From assembly GCF_006345805.1 (NCBI RefSeq), contig NC_043009.1:23870001-23934000 (forward strand): a stretch of DNA of 64,000 bases. The letters run 5' to 3'. The position numbers were made by a program, and so were the translations under genes. Below are positions 1-12,269 of the stretch, piece after piece; position 1 is the stretch's first letter; the number at the start of each line of letters is the position of its first letter. The stretch is from Octopus sinensis (lineage: Eukaryota). The notes under the pieces are model-generated. The model was not told the DNA's origin, ran no database searches, and was given only the letters and a program-made list of their open reading frames with translations.

Positions 1-354
1 GCGTGTCTTTGTGTCTGTGCTTGTGTCCCCACCACCACCACCACCACCACCTATTTACGTACTTAATGTGGCTATTTGAATTTGTCATTTTCACTCACTC
101 TAAGGTATCATTTATAAGCTTGGGCAATCACCAATATTTTTATCCTGACACCATCACTAGGTGGATTGCCAACCAAGGGTCAGAGAGTCCATAATAACCC
201 TTATATACACACTGTTGGACGTCCGGTGACTCTCATAAGTTTCTCCTAACTTTGACGGGTCTTGTTTTTCAACTCTCAGGGTGCCCCAAGCATCTCCCAC
301 TTCATCAAGCAAGCCTGGTGGAGGCTACAGAGTTAGTTGCTGACGACATGATCA

Positions 355-755
355 TTGTTATTATTATTTTATATCTCAGAGCTCTCCTTCTCGCTTGCTC
401 TGGTTGATTCTGTGAGAGTGGATAGCAACTTGTCGGAGCATTCACAGGGTCTCTTTCCACAAATTATAGGCTTTGGTACTTAGATGTTAACTTACTGTGG
501 AAGACACTCAACACTCAAAAACCAAAATTCAAAATCCTAACTGTCATCAATAGGGAAGCTTTTTGGGTCTGCTCTGACATCATATCAATTCGAATTTTTC
601 TGATATATTACTCGAACTTGGTTGTTAGTGCACCGAGTGCCCCTAACACTGCTCTCCTCATTGCCCACATTCTTGCAATTTCGACTTTTAGCAGTCTGTA
701 TTTTCCCTTCTTTTCCAGGTTGTTGTTGTTGCTGTTTTTGTTGTTGATGTTGTAA
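355..755 (-). mobile_element. Old 3' fragment of an R4/Dong-type non-LTR retrotransposon (REL endonuclease C-terminus)
   Basis: Minus-strand translation KYRLLKVEIARMW...VLGALG matches the KYxDLxxEIxxMW...VIGALG C-terminal motif of the better-preserved copies in this window; degenerate. Confidence 0.65.
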
Positions 756-885
756 TTTTCTTCTTCTTCTTCTTCTTCTTCTTCTGCTTCCTCCTCCTCT
801 TCACCATCACCATCACCACCATTATCATCATCATCATCATCATCACCATCATCATCATCTTCTTCTACTTCCTCTTCAACATCAC

Positions 886-953
<68 letters not shown>

Positions 954-964
954 CCACCACCATC

Positions 965-1049
<85 letters not shown>

Positions 1050-1056
1050 CCACCAC

Positions 1057-1097
<41 letters not shown>

Positions 1098-1104
1098 CCA
1101 CCAC

Positions 1105-1156
<52 letters not shown>

Positions 1157-1202
1157 TTCTTCTTCTTCTTCTTCTTCTTCTTCTTCTTCTTCTTCTTCTC
1201 CT
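756..1202. repeat. Compound trinucleotide microsatellite (TTC)n/(CAT)n/(CAC)n
   Basis: Direct inspection; source of the poly-Asp/Glu ORF 608-1291. Confidence 0.95.
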
Positions 1203-1331
1203 TCAGTAGTCTTATTTTTATCACGTGTTTTCACTACACTACCGAGTGCAGCTCTATGTGCTGTGGTTTGTTGTGATGCTCTTATTTTCACTGTATTGAA
1301 AGTTTTTTAACGTAAGATGTGTGCACTGCCT
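1203..1331 (-). mobile_element. 3' tip (3' UTR) of Dong-type LINE family B
   Basis: Similar to 17052-17190 and 31944-32080 (ttcagtag...actaccgag.gcagctct...); followed by (TTA)n. Confidence 0.7.
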
Positions 1332-1332
1332 A

Positions 1333-1375
<43 letters not shown>

Positions 1376-1539
1376 TATTATTGTTGTTGTTGTTTTTGTT
1401 ATATTTTTTCAACCAGTTCGAACCCTCACATTCTTGCGGAACGATCGGTTTTTCAACGTTATCCACATAAATGGCAAATTATTGGCACGTAAGTCAAAAT
1501 CCTTTATGTATATATGCAATGTGTGTGTGCATGCGTGTG

Positions 1540-1615
<76 letters not shown>

Positions 1616-2486
1616 ATATATGCATATGCGCACACACATATGTATTTATGTATGTATGCATGTATGTGTGTGTGTATTTGTGTGTGATTGTGTGTGTGTA
1701 TGTATATGTCTGCATGTGCATGTTTGCGTACATTTAAACGTCGTCTTGTATGTAAAAGTACTTACAAGTATTTGAGGAAGTACCTGCATATATGTGTACG
1801 TAGGCATATGAAGCCAGTACCCATGACCCATTACACGTTCTCTGAGACTTGTGCTAGAGAAGGAGGAAGGTATTTTATGCCAGTGACCTGATCCCAAATC
1901 CTAGCATTAGAGTGGTTTCCGTAAAAGGCAGCCAAGGTATCAGGTGGTGATGCTTTACGGTTGACAGAATTAGCCCACCATCTAAGGGATTTTAACCCCG
2001 AACTGAAATACCCGGAATAAATAACGTTAAGCACCCGATCCGATGTTCTTATTGCGCTGCCAGTCCGCTTCCCTGAATAGGTACCTTTTTATCGACCATG
2101 GAAAAATGTAACACTTTTCGATGGTGCTTTCCTCCAGGGGTTCAAATTTTTTTTCTCTACATTGTATACTTTATAGACAGTAGTCTTTTCTTTAATTTAA
2201 TTTTTTATTATCCATCTGGACTATTCCATTTCTGCACGCTAATTTTACTTTTAATTTATTCCCATTCATGTGAAACCACTTATTCAAGTTCAAGTCATTG
2301 ATGCAATTTTATACCAATTGCTAATTTTACTTTTATGTTACGATTATATTATACTTTAGTTTGATTTTAATTATTACTTACTACATATAATTCAATTGTT
2401 ATTATTATTTTTATTGTTAAAGTGAAAGTATCTGACATAAAATAGAGAAATGTTTTTGTTTCACTTTTAACACGTAATACTGAAAT

Positions 2487-2750
2487 AGTGGAGAAGATAT
2501 GATATTGCTATGGGCTCGCTCTAGGCAAGAAGTTGAACATTTTTTTTGCCCATGAAACTACATGGACCCTAAGTAAGGCATGTGTAAAATCTGAATTGAA
2601 TTGATTGTGTAGTTCTCAAGTTTTAGGGAATCGTAGTGGAGAATATATGATATTGCTGTGGGCTCGCCCAAGGCAAAAAGTTCAAAATTTTTTTGCCGAT
2701 GACACTCCCCGGATCCTAAGTAAGGCATGTGTAAAAATTGAATGAAATTT
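2487..2750. repeat. Two diverged tandem copies of a ~150-bp unit
   Basis: gatattgct.tgggctcgc...cctaagtaaggcatgtgtaaaa occurs at ~2500 and ~2650. Confidence 0.8.
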
Positions 2751-2796
2751 AGGGAAACACACAGACAGACACACATTCTCAGTTTTATATATATAA

Positions 2797-2905
<109 letters not shown>

Positions 2906-4131
2906 ACACACACACACACACATATATATATATACACACGAGCAAAACGCCCCCCCACCATCCAATGGACGGTGCTGAACCATATCTGCTGAATAAAAGC
3001 AATCAGTGTTTTCTTTTCATTGAAAACATGCCTTTATTTCAATAAAGTTTTGGGTTTTGTCAAACGAAGTTAAGGCAAAAAAACAAAAACAAATAGTCTT
3101 TCCTTCCTTCATGCTAAATTTGAAGAAAATATCTCTTTTGCATCATAATTTTTAGGTCTTAGATATACTGCATCTTGTGACATTATTTCAAGCCAGCCGG
3201 CTTTTTGCTTGCGCAAACTGCATGTCCAATTTTCTCGCGTACGCGTAGTAACGATCGCAACAGCTGATGTACTTGTGCGTACAAATACACGTGGAGTGCT
3301 CAGTCACTTGTACGTTAAATTCACAAGCAGGCTGTTCCGTTGATCGTATCAACTGGAACCCTCATTATCGTAACCGATTGAGTGCCAGTGCCACCTATGG
3401 ATGCGTTGTTAATAAGTTCATGCGCAGGAAGGGCTGCGTGGCATCTTGGGCGAGTGATTTCTACTATGTCGTCGAATCGACCAATCAGTAAATCTAGGTG
3501 ATAAGTTTAAAAAAAAACGAAAAAACATCGTGTATATGCTTGTGTCTGTCTTTGTGATTGTGTTTGTCATCCCACTACTTCAAACCAGTGTTGGTTTGTT
3601 TATGTCCCCGTAATTTGGCGGGTCGCAAAAGGAAAATGATATAATAAAAATCAGGCTTAAGATAATAAATGCTGGGGTCACTTTGCTCGGCTAAACCACT
3701 TCAAAGCAATGAAAGTAAAAGATAAAAGAAAGACATGAAATTACGAGGTTCCAGGTTCGATTCTATTGCGAGGTAGCGTCATCGGCAAGAATCCCATTCG
3801 AATATATCACAACAAAGTTAGGGTTGTAAGAACGAAATAGTCTTGTCCTTCGTGGATAGCCTTAATGCAAAACAATGCTACAAACCAACACCTAAACCTT
3901 GATACACTCAGAGCACTCTATCGTATTGCAATAATTTGAGCCTAGATCAAACAAATTTCTTTCTTCGTACGCCAAAGAAACTACAAGGCGTATCATGTCC
4001 CCGAACCATTTCTACTTTGTATGTGGTTACGAATTAAAACTTACTTTTGTTTAATTAATTAATGATTTAAATTCATAAAAATGGTAATTCAATTAAAAAT
4101 TAATTATATTCTATTATACATTTACTTAAAG

Positions 4132-7100
4132 GAAAAAAAGGAAATATGAAGAGAGAGGAATCACAGAACAAGGCAATTCGGTTCCAAATAGCCAAAACAG
4201 TTGACAACAAGGCGAAGCTAAATCACTGTTTCAGAATGACGGGAGAAGATTTGAAAGATACTGTAATCGAAATGGGTTGCTTCCATCTTACATTCAAAAG
4301 AAATGCGTTACTGAAAAATATTAAGAGAATGGACAAAGATAATATAATTATTGAGACGTATGATGCTATTGATGATTCTGAAGGCAAAGGAAGATCTGAT
4401 TCTAGTAGATATGGAGGTGATGATGTTGAAAGGAATGTAAGATCTGATCATGGTTATTATGGAAGTGATGATGTTGAAACGAAAGGAAAATCTGATTCTA
4501 GTAGTTATGGAGATGATGATGTTGAACGGAAAGTAAGATCTGATCATGGTTATTATGGAGGTGATGATGTTGAAACGAAAGGAAAATCTGATTCTAGTAG
4601 TTATGGAGATGATGATGTTGAACGGAAAGTAAGATCTGATCATGGTTATTATGGAGGTGATGATGTTGAAACGAAAGGAAAATCTGATTCTAGTAGTTAT
4701 GGAGATGATGATGTTGAACGGAAAGTAAGATCTGATCATGGTTATTATGGAGGTGATGATGTTGAAAGGAAAGTAAGATCTGATCATGGTTATTATGGAG
4801 GTGATGATGTTGAAAGGAAAGTAAGATCTGATAATGGTTATTATGGAGGTGATGATGTTGAAAGGAAAGTAAGATCTGATAATGGTTATTATGGAGGTGA
4901 TGATGTTGAACGGAAAGTAAGATCTGACCATGGTTATTATGGAGGTGATGATGTTGAACGGAAAGTAAGATCTGATCATGGTTATTATGGAGGTGATGAT
5001 GTTGAAGGGAATGTAAGATCTGATAATGGTTATTATGGAGGTGATGATGTTGAAAGGAAAGTAAGATCTGATAATGGTTATTATGGAGGTGATCATGTTG
5101 AACGGAAAGTAAGATCTGATCATGGTTATTATGGAGTGATGATGTTGAACGGAAAGTAAGATCTGATAACGGTTATTATGGAGGTGATGATGTTGAACGG
5201 AAAGTAAGATCTGATAATGGTTATTATGGAGGTGATGATGTTGAACGAAAGTAAGATCTGACCATGGTTATTATGGAGGTGATGATGTTGAACGGAAAGT
5301 AAGATCTGATCATGGTTATTATGGAGGTGATGATGTTGAAGGGAATGTAAGATCTGATAATGGTTATTATGGAGGTGATGATGTTGAAAGGAAAGTAAGA
5401 TCTGATAATGGTTATTATGGAGGTGATCATGTTGAACGGAAAGTAAGATCTGATCATGGTTATTATGGAGGTGATGATGTTGAACGGAAAGTAAGATCTG
5501 ATAACGGTTATTATGGAGGTGATGATGTTGAACGGAAAGTAAGATCTGATAATGGTTATTATGGAGGTGATGATGTTGAACGGAAAGTAAGATCTGATCA
5601 TGGTTATTATGGAGGTGATGATGTTGAACGGAAAATAAGATCTGATCATGGTTATTATGGAGGTGATGATGTTGAACGGAAAGTAAGATCTGATAATGGT
5701 TATTATGGAGGTGATGATGTTGAAAGGAAAGTAAGTTCTGACCATGGTTATTATGGAGGTGATGATGTTGAACGGAAAGTAAGATCTGATCATGGTTATT
5801 ATGGAGGTGATGATGTTGAAAGGAAGTAAGATCTGATAATGGTTATTATGAGGTGATGATGTTGAACGAAAGTAAGATCTGATCATGGTTATTATGGAGG
5901 TGATGATGTTGAACGGAAGTAAGATCTGATCATGGTTATTATGGAGGTGATGATGTTGAAAGGAAAGTAAGATCTGATCATGGTTATTATGGAGGTGATG
6001 ATGTTGAAACGAAAGGAAAATCTGATTGTAGTAGTTATGGATGTGATGCTGTTGAACGGAAAGTAAGATCTGATCATGGTTATTATGGAGGTGATGATGT
6101 TGAAACGAAAGGAAAATCTGATTCTAGTAGTTATGGAGGTGATGATGTCGAACGGAAAGTAAGATCTGATCATGGTTATTATGGAGGAGATGATGTTGAA
6201 CGGAAAGTAAGATCTGATCATGGTTATTATGGAGGTGATGATGTTGAACGGAAAGTAAGATCTGATCATGGTTATTATGGAGGTGATGATGTTGAACGGA
6301 AAGTAAGATCTGATAATGGTTATTATGAAGGTGATGATGTTGAACGGAAAGTAAGATCTGACCATGGTTATTATGGAGGTGATGATGTTGAACGGAAAGT
6401 AAGATCTGATCATGGTTATTATGGAGGTGATGATGTTGAACGGAAAATAAGATCTGATCATGGTTATTATGGAGGTGATGATGTTGAACGGAAAGTAAGA
6501 TCTGATAATGGTTATTATGGAGGTGATGATGTTGAACGGAAAGTAAGATCTGATAATGGTTATTATGGAGGTGATGATGTTGAACGGAAAGTAAGATCTG
6601 ATAACGGTTATTATGGAGGTGATGATGTTGAACGGAAAGTAAGATCTGATAATGGTTATTATGGAGGTGATGATGTTGAACGGAAAATAAGATCTGATCA
6701 TGGTTATTATGGAGGTGATGATGTTGAACGGAAAGTAAGATCTGATAATGGTTATTATGGAGGTGATGATGTTGAAAGGAAAGTAAGTTCTGACCATGGT
6801 TATTATGGAGGTGATGATGTTGAACGGAAAGTAAGATCTGATCATGGTTATTATGGAGGTGATGATGTTGAAAGGAAAGTAAGATCTGATAATGGTTATT
6901 ATGGAGGTGATGATGTTGAACGGAAAGTAAGATCTGATCATGGTTATTATGGAGGTGATGATGTTGAACGGAAAGTAAGATCTGATCATGGTTATTATGG
7001 AGGTGATGATGTTGAAAGGAAAGTAAGATCTGATCATGGTTATTATGGAGGTGATGATGTTGAAACGAAAGGAAAATCTGATTGTAGTAGTTATGGATGT

Positions 7101-10100
7101 GATGCTGTTGAACGGAAAGTAAGATCTGATCATGGTTATTATGGAGGTGATGATGTTGAAACGAAAGGAAAATCTGATTCTAGTAGTTATGGAGGTGATG
7201 ATGTTGAACGGAAAGTAAGATCTGATCATGGTTATTATGGAGGAGATGATGTTGAACGGAAAGTAAGATCTGATCATGGTTATTATGGAGGTGATGATGT
7301 TGAACGGAAAGTAAGATCTGATCATGGTTATTATGGAGGTGATGATGTTGAACGGAAAGTAAGATCTGATAATGGTTATTATGGAGGTGATGATGTTGAA
7401 CGGAATGTAAGATCTGACCATGGTTATTATGGAGGTGATAATGTTGAACGGAAAGTAACATCTGATCATGGTTATTATGGAGGTGATGATGTTGAACGGA
7501 AAATAAGATCTGATCATGGTTATTATGGAGGTGATGATGTTGAACGGAAAGTAAGATCTGATAATGGTTATTATGGAGGTGATGATGTTGAACGGAAAGT
7601 AAGATCTGATCATGGTTATTATGGAGGTGATGATGTTGAACGGAAAGTAAGATCTGATAATGGTTATTATGGAGGTGATGATGTTGAACGGAAAGTAAGA
7701 TCTGATCATGGTTATTATGGAGGTGATGATGTTGAACGGAAAGTAAGATCTGATCATGGTTATTATGGAGGTGATGATGTTGAACGGAAAGTAAGATCTG
7801 ATAATGGTTATTATGGAGGTGATGATGTTGAACGGAAAGTAAGATCTGATAATGGTTATTATGGAGGTGATGATGTTGAACGGAAAGTAAGATCTGACCA
7901 TGGTTATTATGGAGGTGATGATGTTGAACGGAAAGTAAGATCTGATCATGGTTATTATGGAGGTGATGATGTTGAACGGAAAGTAAGATCTGATCATGGT
8001 ATTATGGAGGTGATGATGTTGAACGGAAAGTAGATCTGATCATGGTTATTATGGAGGTGATGATGTTGAAAGGAAAGTAAGATCTGATCATGGTTATTAT
8101 GGAGGTGATGATGTTGAACGGAAAGTAAGATCTGACCATGGTTATTATGGAAGTGATGATGTTGAACGGAAAGTAAGACCTGATAATGGTTATTATGGAG
8201 GTGATGATGTTGAACAGAAAGTAAGATCTGATCATGGTTATTATGGAGGTGATGATGTTGAACGGAAAGTAAGATCTGATCATGGTTATTATGGAGGTGA
8301 TGATGTTGAAAGGAAAGTAAGATCTGATCATGGTTATTATGGAGGTGATGATGTTGAACGGAAAGTAAGATCTGACCATGGTTATTATGGAAGTGATGAT
8401 GTTGAACGGAAAGTAAGACCTGATAATGGTTATTGGAGGTGATGATGTTGAACGGAAAGTAAGATCTGATCATGGTTATTATGGAGGTGATGATGTTGAA
8501 CGGAAAGTAAGATCTGATCATGGTTATTATGGAGGTGATGATGTTGAAAGGAAAGTAAGATCTGATAATGGTTATTATGGAGGTGATGATGTTGAACGGA
8601 AAGTAAGATCTGATCATGGTTATTATGGAGGTGATGATGTTGAACGGAAAGTAAGATCTGATCATGGTTATTATGGAGGTGATGATGTTGAACGGAAAGT
8701 AAGATCTGATAATGGTTATTATGGAGGTGATGATGTTGAACGGAAAGTAAGATCTGACAATGGTTATTATGGAGGTGATGATGTTGAACGGAAAGTAAGA
8801 TCTGATCATGGTTATTATGGAGGTGATGATGTTGAACGGAAAGTAAGATCTGATCATGGTTATTATGGAGGTGATGATGTTGAAAGGAAAGTAAGATCTG
8901 ATCATGGTTATTATGGAGGTGATGATGTTGAAAGGAAAGTAAAATCTGATCATGGTTATTATGGAGGTGATGATGTTGAACGGAAAGTAAGATCTGACCA
9001 TGGTTATTATGGAGGTGATGATGTTGAACGGAAAGTAAGATCTGATCATGGTTATTATGGAGGTGATGATGTTGAAAGGAAAGTAAGATCTGATAATGGT
9101 TATTATGGAGGTGATGATGTTGAACGGAAAGTAAGATCTGATAATGGTTATTATGGAGGTGATGATGTTGAACGCAAAGTAAGATCTGATCATGGTTATT
9201 ATGGAGGTGATGATGTTGAAAGGAAAGTAAGATCTGATCATGGTTATTATGGAGGTGATGATGTTGAACGGAAAGTTAGATCTGACCATGGTTATTATGG
9301 AGATGATGATGTTGAACGGAAAGTAAGATCTGATAATGGTTATTATGGAGGTGATGATGTTGAAAGAAAAGTAAGATCTGATAATGGTTATTATGGAGGT
9401 AATGATGTTGAACGGAAAGTAAGATCTGATAATGGTTATTATGGAGGTGATGATGTTGAACGGAAAGTAAGATCTGATCATGGTTATTATGGAGGTGATG
9501 ATGTTGAACGGAAAGTAAGATCTGACAATGGTTATTATGGAGGTGATGATGTTGAACGGAAAGTAAGATCTGATCATGGTTATTATGGAGGTGATGATGT
9601 TGAAAGGAAAGTAAGATCTGATCATGGCTATTATGGAGGTGATGATGTTGAACGGAAAGTAAGATCTGATCATGGTTATTATGGAGGTGATGATGTTGAA
9701 AGGAAAGTAAGATCTGATCATGGTTATTATGGAGGTGATGATGTTGAACGGAAAGTAAGATCTGACCATGGTTATTATGGAAGTGATGATGTTGAACGGA
9801 AAGTAAGACCTGATAATGGTTATTATGGAGGTGATGATGTTGAACGGAAAGTAAGATCTGATCATGGTTATTATGGAGGTGATGATGTTGAACGGAAAGT
9901 AAGATCTGATCATGGTTATTATGGAGGTGATGATGTTGAAAGGAAAGTAAGATCTGATCATGGTTATTATGGAGGTGATGATGTTGAACGGAAAGTAAGA
10001 TCTGACCATGGTTATTATGGAAGTGATGATGTTGAACGGAAAGTAAGACCTGATAATGGTTATTATGGAGGTGATGATGTTGAACGGAAAGTAAGATCTG

Positions 10101-11236
10101 ATCATGGTTATTATGGAGGTGATGATGTTGAACGGAAAGTAAGATCTGATCATGGTTATTATGGAGGTGATGATGTTGAACGGAAAGTAAGATCTGATAA
10201 TGGTTATTATGGAGGTGATGATGTTGAACGGAAAGTAAGATCTGACCATGGTTATTATGGAGGTGATGATGTTGAACGGAAAGTAAGATCTGATCATGGT
10301 TATTATGGAGGTGATGATGTTGAACGGAAAGTAAGATCTGATAATGGTTATTATGGAGGTGATGATGTTGAAAGGAAAGTAAGATCTGACAATGGTTATT
10401 ATGGAGGTGATGATGTTGAACGGAAAGTAAGATCTGATCATGGTTATTATGGAGGTGATGATGTTGAACGGAAAGTAAGATCTGATCATGGTTATTATGG
10501 AGGTGATGATGTTGAAAGGAAAGTAAGATCTGATCATGGTTATTATGGAGGTGATGATGTTGAACGGAAAGTAAGATCTGATCATGGTTATTATGGAGGT
10601 GATGATGTTGAACGGAAAGTAAGATCTGACCATGGTTATTATGGAGGTGATGATGTTGAACGGAAAGTAAGATCTGATAATGGTTATTATGGAGGTGATG
10701 ATGTTGAACGGAAAGTAAGATCTGACCATGGTTATTATGGAGGTGATGATGTTGAAAAGAAAGTAAGATCTGACCATGGTTATTATGGAGGTGATGATGT
10801 TGAACGGAAAGTAAGATCTGACCATGGTTATTATGGAGGTGATGATGTTGAAAGGAAAGTAAGATCTGATAATGGTTATTATGGAGGTGATGATGTTGAA
10901 AGGAAAGTAAGATCTGATCATGGTTATTATGGATGTGATGATGTTGAAAGGAAAGTAAGATCTGATAATGGTTATTATGGAGGTGATTATGTTGAAAGGA
11001 AAGTAAGATCTGATAATGGTTATTATGGAGGTGATGATGTTGAAAGGAAAGTAAGATCTGATAATGGTTATTATGGAGGTGATGATGTTGAAAGGAAAGT
11101 AAGATCTGACCATGGTTATTATGGAGGTGATGATGTTGAACGGAAAGTAAGATCTGATCATGGTTATTATGGAGGTGATGATGTTGAAAGGAAAGTAAGA
11201 TCTGATCATGGTTATTATGGAGATGATGATGTTTAA
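4132..11236 (+). CDS. Terminal coding exon of gene A: predicted repetitive secreted peptide precursor (unique Cys-loop region + ~143 x SD(H/N)GYYGGDDVERKVR); first exon(s) not found in window
   Basis: Candidate acceptor ttatacatttacttaaag|G at 4131/4132 (phase 1) opens in frame into the 4146 ORF; ~88 non-repetitive codons with three KR sites run directly into the repeat; nine short deletions (10 nt total) break the frame inside the array; TAA at 11234-11236. Confidence 0.7.
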
Positions 11237-11272
11237 AGGAAAGTAATATCTGATCATGGTTATTATGGAGGT
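4395..11272 (+). repeat. 48-bp coding minisatellite, ~143 units (consensus TCTGATCATGGTTATTATGGAGGTGATGATGTTGAACGGAAAGTAAGA)
   Basis: Direct inspection; 4395-11236 plus 10 deleted nt = 142 units + 36 nt; a further degenerate unit follows the stop. Confidence 0.98.
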
Positions 11273-11470
11273 CATAGTATTTGTTGTGGCTATAATAATA
11301 TTCCATCGTCACCCTGAATGTTCTTCGAACTGCTTTTCAAACTTATTATTGTGTATTTCTCACTTTTTTCATTGTCCTTATTATTTTGTTCCAGAAAAAA
11401 TATTGTAATTGTTTTTATTTTTTCTAAAATGGAATACTGTGTAACTTTTTTGAAATTGAAAACTTTTACC

Positions 11471-11476
11471 AATAAA
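11471..11476 (+). terminator. Candidate polyadenylation signal AATAAA for gene A (second at ~11704)
   Basis: AATAAA ~235 nt after the stop; common by chance in AT-rich DNA. Confidence 0.3.
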
Positions 11477-12269
11477 TGCACAAATTTTTATGAATTACTT
11501 CGCATTTTCTGTTGTGTGACCATTACTGGAATCCATATTGGTCCTTCTATACCTTCTTCACCTTCTTCTTGAAGACCAAATAGAACTATAACAGCAACAA
11601 CAACAAAAACGACAACACCAACAATAACTATAACTACAACAACACCCAAAACTGGCAACAGATGCAATAGTAACTGCAACAAGTGAATGAAAGGCAAACA
11701 AAACAATAAAATTTAGAGCAGCTATTTACTAGGCATTCATTATCGGCGTTTTATTTGCCTCTCATTCTTTCGGGGTCGATAAATTAAGTACCTGTTGTTT
11801 ACTGGGGTTGATTTGTCCAATGTTTTGCGTCTATATTTCTTTAACAAAACGATCCGCGTAAATTGACACAAGCCCGAGAAACAACTCTTCAGCTTACAGT
11901 TTGTATTCTATTACAGTATGAATGATATTGTTCGCTGCAACATTGGAAAATATACTCTAGATCACTCAACGAGTGTTTACAGCTTAGTATGACAGACCCC
12001 AGAGAAGTGAAGGTGGAGTTATTCTCAGAAGGATTTGTACACATTCTGAGTTGTAATTCAGCCGAATTCAATTTTGCTTTTCGTCCGTTCATGGGTCGGT
12101 AAAATATGTATCAGCCGAACATTTCTCACTAAAATTGCTGGCCTTGTGCCATTTGAATTCATCGTCATGTTCATCATCATCATTATGATCATCGTCGTCA
12201 TCATCACCATCATCATCGACGTCGTCGTCGTCATCATCATCATCATCATGATTGTTGTTGTTGGTGTTT

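Noticed and set aside
608-1291. 227-aa poly-Asp/Glu ORF resembling an acidic biomineralisation protein
   Set aside because: Compound trinucleotide microsatellite wedged between two Dong LINE fragments; the ORF's C-terminus is LINE-derived. The same applies to 59610-59822.
3820-4025. Possible upstream exon of gene A (GCKNEIVLSF...QCYKP...SCPRTIST|gtatgt)
   Set aside because: In-frame TGA, weak acceptor, and a phase-2 donor incompatible with the phase-1 acceptor at 4131
4395-11236. Identification as reflectin, enkephalin (YGG) or sulfakinin/CCK precursor
   Set aside because: Lacks reflectin Met-rich MD motifs, the YGGF opioid core, and the C-terminal Phe-Gly amidation signal
4395-11272. CRISPR-like array
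   Set aside because: Contiguous units with no unique spacers; eukaryotic context; no cas genes
4308-11312. Long antisense ORFs (IRSYFPFNIITSIITM)n and (QILLSVQHHHLHNNH)n up to 1093 aa
   Set aside because: Shadow frames of a 48-bp (multiple-of-3) repeat; no unique flanking coding sequence, splice sites or signal context on the - strand. The CGG/AGG variant is silent in one antisense frame too, so openness alone is not evidence.
11488-11706. Hydrophobic - strand ORF resembling a membrane protein
   Set aside because: Hydrophobicity derives from a degenerate (CAA)n tract; no splice support
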